Made by a program: the position numbers and the translations under genes. From Chromatiaceae bacterium (GTDB taxonomy: Bacteria > Pseudomonadota > Gammaproteobacteria > Enterobacterales > Alteromonadaceae): a stretch of DNA of 64,000 nucleotides. The notes beneath the pieces were generated by a model. It made no database searches and was not told the DNA's origin. It saw only the letters and a list, made by a program, of their open reading frames with translations. Positions 59,264-64,000 of this stretch are shown here, piece after piece. The stretch spans positions 242,129 to 306,128 of the forward strand of contig JAJLKZ010000005.1 in the NCBI GenBank assembly GCA_033838465.1, written 5' to 3'. Numbering within the stretch: position 1 is the first letter of the stretch; every line of letters begins with the position of its first letter.

Positions 59264-60355
59264 ATGACACCACTAGAAAAGTACCAGCAAGATTTAACCC
59301 GTGATGATTTTCAGTATGACGCGGCGCAAGAGTTTGCCGTGCGTCAGTTACAGCGTTTATACGATGACATGCTGCGACAGCCGCCACAAAAGCCCGGTTT
59401 TTGGCAGCGCTTACTGGGCAAAACTGGCAAAGTACAGCCGGTCAAAGGGCTATACTTCTGGGGGGGCGTTGGCCGGGGTAAAACGTATTTAGTCGATACT
59501 TTTTACGAATGTCTGCCGGGCAGTCGTAAAATGCGTATTCACTTTCACCGCTATATGCACCGGGTGCATGAAGAGTTAAAACAGCTAAAGGGTGTGGCAG
59601 ATCCGCTGCAAAAAGTCGCTGATAAGTTTAAGCAGGAAACTGACATTCTGTGTTTTGACGAGTTTTTTGTCTCAGATATCACTGATGCAATGATTTTAGG
59701 CACCCTGATGCAGGCGCTGTTTGCCCGCGGCATCACGCTGGTGGCAACCTCTAACATCGAACCGGACGGTTTGTATCGCAACGGTTTACAGCGCGCCCGG
59801 TTCTTACCGGCGATAGCGCTGATTAAACAGCACACCGAGACCATTAATGTCGACAGTGGCATTGACTACCGGCTACGCACGCTGGAAAAAGCCGAAATTT
59901 ACCACGCGCCGTTAGATCAGCAGGCAGAAACCAACTTATTGCAATACTTTATGGCACTCTCGGCAGAGCCACGGCAGCAGGATGTAGCTATCGAAGTGGC
60001 CAACCGTAAAGTGCAAGCCCGTTATGAGGCCGATGGCGTGGTATGGTTTGCTTTTGCCGAGTTGTGTGAAAGCGCGCGCAGCCAGTACGATTATATGGAG
60101 CTGAGCCGTTGCTATCACACCGTATTGTTGTCTGGTGTTAAGGCGATGGGACAACATAATGATGATGTCGCCAGGCGTTTTATTGCCCTGGTAGATGAAT
60201 TTTATGAGCGCGGCGTTAAGCTGATTATCTCGGCCGAAACCGGTTTAGAGCAGTTATACAGCCAGGGCATACTCAGTTTTGAATTTAAGCGCTGTATCAG
60301 CCGTTTACAGGAAATGCAGTCTCATGATTATCTGGCCCGGCCGCATTTGCCCTGA
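59264..60355 (+). CDS. zapE: cell division protein ZapE (AFG1-like ATPase)
   Basis: Walker A GGVGRGKT, Walker B LCFDEF. Conserved position upstream of rplM. Confidence 0.9.
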   Translation: MTPLEKYQQDLTRDDFQYDAAQEFAVRQLQRLYDDMLRQPPQKPGFWQRLLGKTGKVQPVKGLYFWGGVGRGKTYLVDTFYECLPGSRKMRIHFHRYMHRVHEELKQLKGVADPLQKVADKFKQETDILCFDEFFVSDITDAMILGTLMQALFARGITLVATSNIEPDGLYRNGLQRARFLPAIALIKQHTETINVDSGIDYRLRTLEKAEIYHAPLDQQAETNLLQYFMALSAEPRQQDVAIEVANRKVQARYEADGVVWFAFAELCESARSQYDYMELSRCYHTVLLSGVKAMGQHNDDVARRFIALVDEFYERGVKLIISAETGLEQLYSQGILSFEFKRCISRLQEMQSHDYLARPHLP

Positions 60356-60557
60356 TAAGCCGGTTTTAACAAAGAATTTTTACGCAGGGTGCTGATTTTT
60401 AAAACTGCTTAATATATAATCCGCGCCCGGCCTACGTTACAGCCTATTACTGCCGTTAGCCCGGTAGTTTTTGTACTCGAAGGGGTACGCTAACGACACA
60501 AGCTGCATCAGCCCTGCACTGTGTCAGGTGTAACTAAGTTATTTTTGGATAAAGCGA

Positions 60558-60986
60558 ATGAAAACTTTTACTGCTAAGCCAGAAAGCGTAACACGCGACT
60601 GGTATGTTGTTGATGCGTCAGGTAAAACGCTGGGCCGTATCGCAACTGAAATCGCTGCCCGTTTACGTGGCAAGCACAAGCCAGAGTACACTCCGCACGT
60701 TGACACCGGTGATTACATCATCGTGGTAAATGCGGAAAAAGTAGTTGTGACTGGTGCTAAAGCGCAGAAGAAAATGTATTACTCTCACACTGGTTTCCCA
60801 GGCGGTATCAAAGAAATCAGCTTTGAGAAGTTAATCGACAAGAAGCCAGAGATGGTGTTGGAAACTGCTGTAAAAGGCATGTTGCCAAAAGGTCCACTGG
60901 GCCGCGCTATGTTCCGTAAGTTGAAAGTTTACGCCGGCGCCGAGCATCAGCATGCTGCTCAGCAACCGCAAGTATTAGATATTTAA
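60558..60986 (+). CDS. rplM: 50S ribosomal protein L13
   Basis: MKTFTAKPE...W.VVDA.GK.LGR and other invariant L13 sequence. Confidence 0.98.
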   Translation: MKTFTAKPESVTRDWYVVDASGKTLGRIATEIAARLRGKHKPEYTPHVDTGDYIIVVNAEKVVVTGAKAQKKMYYSHTGFPGGIKEISFEKLIDKKPEMVLETAVKGMLPKGPLGRAMFRKLKVYAGAEHQHAAQQPQVLDI

Positions 60987-60998
60987 TCGGAGCATATC

Positions 60999-61391
60999 AT
61001 GGCACAGAATCAATATTACGGAACTGGTCGTCGTAAAAGCTCAACGGCCCGTGTGTTCTTAAAAGCTGGCTCAGGCAACATCGTTGTTAACCAGCGCGCA
61101 TTAACTGACTACTTCGGTCGTGAAACTGCTTGTATGGTTGTGCGTCAGCCATTAGAGCTGGTAGACATGGTTGAGAAGTTCGACCTGTACATCACTGTTA
61201 AAGGTGGTGGTATCAGCGGTCAGGCCGGTGCTATCCGTCACGGTATCACTCGTGCACTGATGGAATTTGACGAGTCACTGCGTCCAGCACTGCGTAAAGC
61301 AGGCTTCGTTACCCGTGACGCCCGTCAGGTTGAACGTAAGAAAGTGGGTCTGCGTAAAGCACGTAAACGTCCACAGTACTCAAAACGTTAA
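60999..61391 (+). CDS. rpsI: 30S ribosomal protein S9
   Basis: [10 protein letters not shown]...C-terminal [12 protein letters not shown]. Confidence 0.98.
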   Translation: MAQNQYYGTGRRKSSTARVFLKAGSGNIVVNQRALTDYFGRETACMVVRQPLELVDMVEKFDLYITVKGGGISGQAGAIRHGITRALMEFDESLRPALRKAGFVTRDARQVERKKVGLRKARKRPQYSKR

Positions 61392-61410
61392 TCGTTTTAC
61401 TGTACTCAAA

Positions 61411-61439
61411 GCCCGGCATTTGTTGCCGGGTTTTTTTTA
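61411..61439 (+). terminator. rho-independent terminator of rplM-rpsI
   Basis: CCCGGCA-TTTGT-TGCCGGG followed by TTTTTTTT. Confidence 0.8.
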
Positions 61440-61649
61440 CCTTGTAAAAGCGGTAATGCTAGCGCGGCAAACCAGTAGCCGTGTTATGCCGTACACGGGA
61501 GTTGACTAAGATAATACCGATTCAGGCTGCCTTAATCCTTGTGTAAAGCAGGGCTTTTCATTATGATCGGCGTTATTTTTTCAATTTATAATAATTGCTG
61601 AAATTCAGCCGCTTAAATTCTGTTTAAGCGTTAACGTGGAGATGAGTGG

Positions 61650-62240
61650 ATGAGCAATGCGCCTGTAGATCAAGGTCGCCGCCGCTTCCTTACCATTGCT
61701 ACCTCAGTAGTGGGGGGTGTTGGTGCCGTCGGAGCTGCTGTGCCTTTTATCGCGTCCTGGAACCCGAGTGAAAAAGCCAAGCAAGCCGGTGCCGCTGTCA
61801 GTGCGGATATCAGTAAGCTGGAACCGGGCCAGTTAATCCGGGTTGAGTGGCGTGGTAAGCCGGTATGGATCGTTAAACGGCCACAAGCCATGTTAGATGC
61901 ATTGGCAAACCATGAGGATAAGTTACGCGACCCGGAGTCTGCGATTGAACAGCAACCTGCATATGCGCAAAATCGCTATCGCTCGAAGAAGCCGGAAATT
62001 TTTGTTGCTGTCGGCATCTGTACTCACCTGGGCTGCTCACCAACCTATTTACCCAGCGATTTCTCGGCGCAGGTTGAGGGCGTTACCTCTGGCTTTTTCT
62101 GCCCCTGTCACGGCTCTAAGTTTGATATGGCCGGCCGGGTATTCCAGAGCGTACCGGCACCAACCAACCTGATGGTCCCTCCGTATATGTATATTGATGA
62201 CAATACCATTTTAATTGGTGAAGATGAGGGGGCCGTCTGA
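61650..62240 (+). CDS. petA: ubiquinol-cytochrome c reductase Rieske iron-sulfur subunit
   Basis: Tat signal RRRFL. Rieske boxes CTHLGC and CPCHGS. Confidence 0.95.
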   Translation: MSNAPVDQGRRRFLTIATSVVGGVGAVGAAVPFIASWNPSEKAKQAGAAVSADISKLEPGQLIRVEWRGKPVWIVKRPQAMLDALANHEDKLRDPESAIEQQPAYAQNRYRSKKPEIFVAVGICTHLGCSPTYLPSDFSAQVEGVTSGFFCPCHGSKFDMAGRVFQSVPAPTNLMVPPYMYIDDNTILIGEDEGAV

Positions 62241-63514
62241 TGTTCAAGAACCTGATGAGCTGGATTGAATACCGCCTGCCGTTCATGGATAAAATGAACC
62301 TGCACGTCATGCAGTATCCGGCGCCAAAAAACTTTAACTTCTGGTACTTTTTTGGCTCGCTGGCCATTTTAGTACTGGTTAACCAAATTCTGACCGGTAT
62401 CTGGTTAACCATGAACTATGTGCCTTCTGCTGAAGGTGCTTTTGCGTCGATTGAATATATTATGCGTGACGTCGAGTACGGCTGGTTACTGCGTTATATG
62501 CATTCTACCGGCGCGTCTGCGTTTTTCGTTGTCGTGTACCTGCATATGCTGCGCGGCATGATGTACGGCTCTTACCAGAAACCACGTGAACTGCTGTGGA
62601 TCTTCGGTATGCTGATTTTCCTGGTGCTGATGGCTGAAGCCTTTATGGGTTACTTACTGCCATGGGGCCAGATGTCGTTCTGGGGCGCCCAGGTTATTAT
62701 CGGTATCTTTGGTACTATCCCGTTTATCGGCGAAGATTTAACGCTGTGGATCCGCGGTGACTATGTTATTTCCGGTGCTACACTAAACCGTTTCTTTGCC
62801 CTGCATGTAATTGCGCTGCCACTGGTGCTGGTCATTTTAGTCTTCCTGCACATTATGGCGCTGCATGAAGTTGGCTCTAACAACCCAGACGGTATCGAGA
62901 TTAAGCGCGATAACGATGGCAGCGTTGAGCAAACTGACGCCGATAAAAAGTTCACCTTCCACCAGTATTTCACCCGCGGTGGTAAGAAAGTGATCGTCGA
63001 TGCGATCCCGTTCCACCCATATTACACGGTAAAAGATTTAGTGGGTGTTGCCGGCTTCTTATTAATATTCGCCTGGGTAATCTTCTTCTTCCCGGAAGGC
63101 GGCGGTTTCTTCCTGGAGCCGCCAAACTTTGAACCGGCAAACCCGTTGAAAACGCCTGCGCATATTGCTCCAGTGTGGTACTTCACACCGTTCTATGCCA
63201 TTTTACGCGCCATCCCGCACCCCTTTATGGGCGCTGTCGCCATGTTTGCTGCAATCATTGCGCTGGCGTTACTGCCATGGCTTGACCGCGGTAAGGTGCG
63301 TTCAGTGCGCTACCGCAGCAACTTGCACAAGGTGAACTTGATTAATTTCTGCATCAGCTTTGTGGCGTTGGGTATTCTGGGCGTATTACCGGCAACACCA
63401 ACTTATACCCTGTTGTCGCAGCTGTTCTCATTTACTTACTTCGGTTTCTTTGTGCTGCTGTTCTTCTACAGCAAAAACGAAGCCACTAAACCATTGCCAG
63501 TGAGGGTAACCTAA
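62240..63514 (+). CDS. petB: cytochrome b
   Basis: 424 aa with conserved haem-ligand His regions (RYMHSTGAS, FFALHV) and PEWY-like region (APVWYF). Confidence 0.95.
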   Translation: MFKNLMSWIEYRLPFMDKMNLHVMQYPAPKNFNFWYFFGSLAILVLVNQILTGIWLTMNYVPSAEGAFASIEYIMRDVEYGWLLRYMHSTGASAFFVVVYLHMLRGMMYGSYQKPRELLWIFGMLIFLVLMAEAFMGYLLPWGQMSFWGAQVIIGIFGTIPFIGEDLTLWIRGDYVISGATLNRFFALHVIALPLVLVILVFLHIMALHEVGSNNPDGIEIKRDNDGSVEQTDADKKFTFHQYFTRGGKKVIVDAIPFHPYYTVKDLVGVAGFLLIFAWVIFFFPEGGGFFLEPPNFEPANPLKTPAHIAPVWYFTPFYAILRAIPHPFMGAVAMFAAIIALALLPWLDRGKVRSVRYRSNLHKVNLINFCISFVALGILGVLPATPTYTLLSQLFSFTYFGFFVLLFFYSKNEATKPLPVRVT

Positions 63515-64000
63515 TGATGAAAAAGTTATTGTCTGCTGCCGCATTATTAGCCTCGTCACTAGCGATGGCTGCCGGCCCGGCGGTACCGCTGGACAAAGCA
63601 CCAATAGATCTGACCGATAAAGCATCACTGCAAAATGGTGCCAAACTGTTCCAGAACTATTGTTTAGGCTGTCACCAAATGCAGTATCAGCGATACTCGC
63701 GCACGTTCCGTGACTTAGATATCCCGGAAGACGTTGGCATGGCGAATCTGATGTTTACCGGTGAAAAAGTCGGTGATCACATAACTAACAACATGGCAGT
63801 TAAAAATGCAGAGAAATGGTTTGGTGCACCACCACCAGATTTAACCAACGTCGCCCGGGTGCGTGGCCCGGACTGGCTGTATACTTACCTGCGCAGTTTT
63901 TATGCTGATCCGTCACGCCCTTTTGGTGTGAATAACGACGTTTTCCCGATGGTGGGTATGCCACACGTGTTACAGGAACTGCAGGGCTTACCTTACAAAG
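63514..64000 (+). CDS. petC: cytochrome c1 (5' part; 3' end outside window)
   Basis: Absent from the ORF track because there is no stop in the window. I translated it by hand: MMKKLLSAAALLASSLAMA signal, haem motif CLGCH, GAPPPDLT motif. The ATG overlaps the petB TAA (TAATG). Confidence 0.88.
   Translation, partial: MMKKLLSAAALLASSLAMAAGPAVPLDKAPIDLTDKASLQNGAKLFQNYCLGCHQMQYQRYSRTFRDLDIPEDVGMANLMFTGEKVGDHITNNMAVKNAEKWFGAPPPDLTNVARVRGPDWLYTYLRSFYADPSRPFGVNNDVFPMVGMPHVLQELQGLPYK

Noticed and set aside
61610-61630. 8-bp-stem hairpin CGCTTAAA-TTCTG-TTTAAGCG about 20 nt upstream of petA
   Set aside because: The stem is AT-rich and short, and I cannot assess conservation. It could be a minor leader structure, but nothing distinguishes it from chance in an AT-rich intergenic region.

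Overview
This is a 64-kb chromosomal window from a gammaproteobacterium. The right third has the typical core gene order (ptsO-rapZ-ptsN-hpf-rpoN-lptBAC-kdsCD-yrbG | mlaFEDCB-ibaG-murA | degS-degQ | zapG | zapE-rplM-rpsI-petABC), and the bc1 complex points to an Alteromonadales/Chromatiales-like aquatic lineage, but that placement is a guess. I recognised no rRNA, tRNA, CRISPR array, transposase or integrase. The left two thirds are more accessory. They hold an OmpR-type two-component system coupled to a DUF3019-like protein and a MipA/OmpV protein, and a LacI-family regulator. They also hold a dispersed starch/maltodextrin utilisation set (three GH13 enzymes, one GH31 alpha-glucosidase, one SLC45/GPH-type sugar MFS transporter). 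All of the promoter regions in that set carry the same 14-bp palindrome, TGCATACGTATGCA or a one-pair variant. Other genes here are a DauA-like SulP transporter, a Cache-type MCP, a Kv-type K+ channel, cysM, a DUF898-M48 pair, a fumC-like lyase and a six-gene Mrp/Pha cation:proton antiporter. The most unusual stretch is a ~2.7-kb run of seven small minus-strand genes (about 11.7-14.4 kb) lying inside the maltodextrin locus. It contains two divergent Phd/YefM-ParE/RelE modules, each preceded by its own perfect palindrome. One module is translationally coupled to a YokE-like bacterial PH-domain gene. Upstream of them sits a strongly AT-rich, overlapping two-gene cassette (115 aa basic + 172 aa aromatic-rich) with no motif I can recognise. 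That cassette is my best candidate for an undescribed toxin/antitoxin, toxin/immunity or phage-defence pair. Other points: an in-frame TAG splits a lipoprotein reading frame, an orphan membrane protein overlaps the MCP 3' end convergently, and several ORF-track starts look too long. All family calls come from reading motifs by eye, with no database search.
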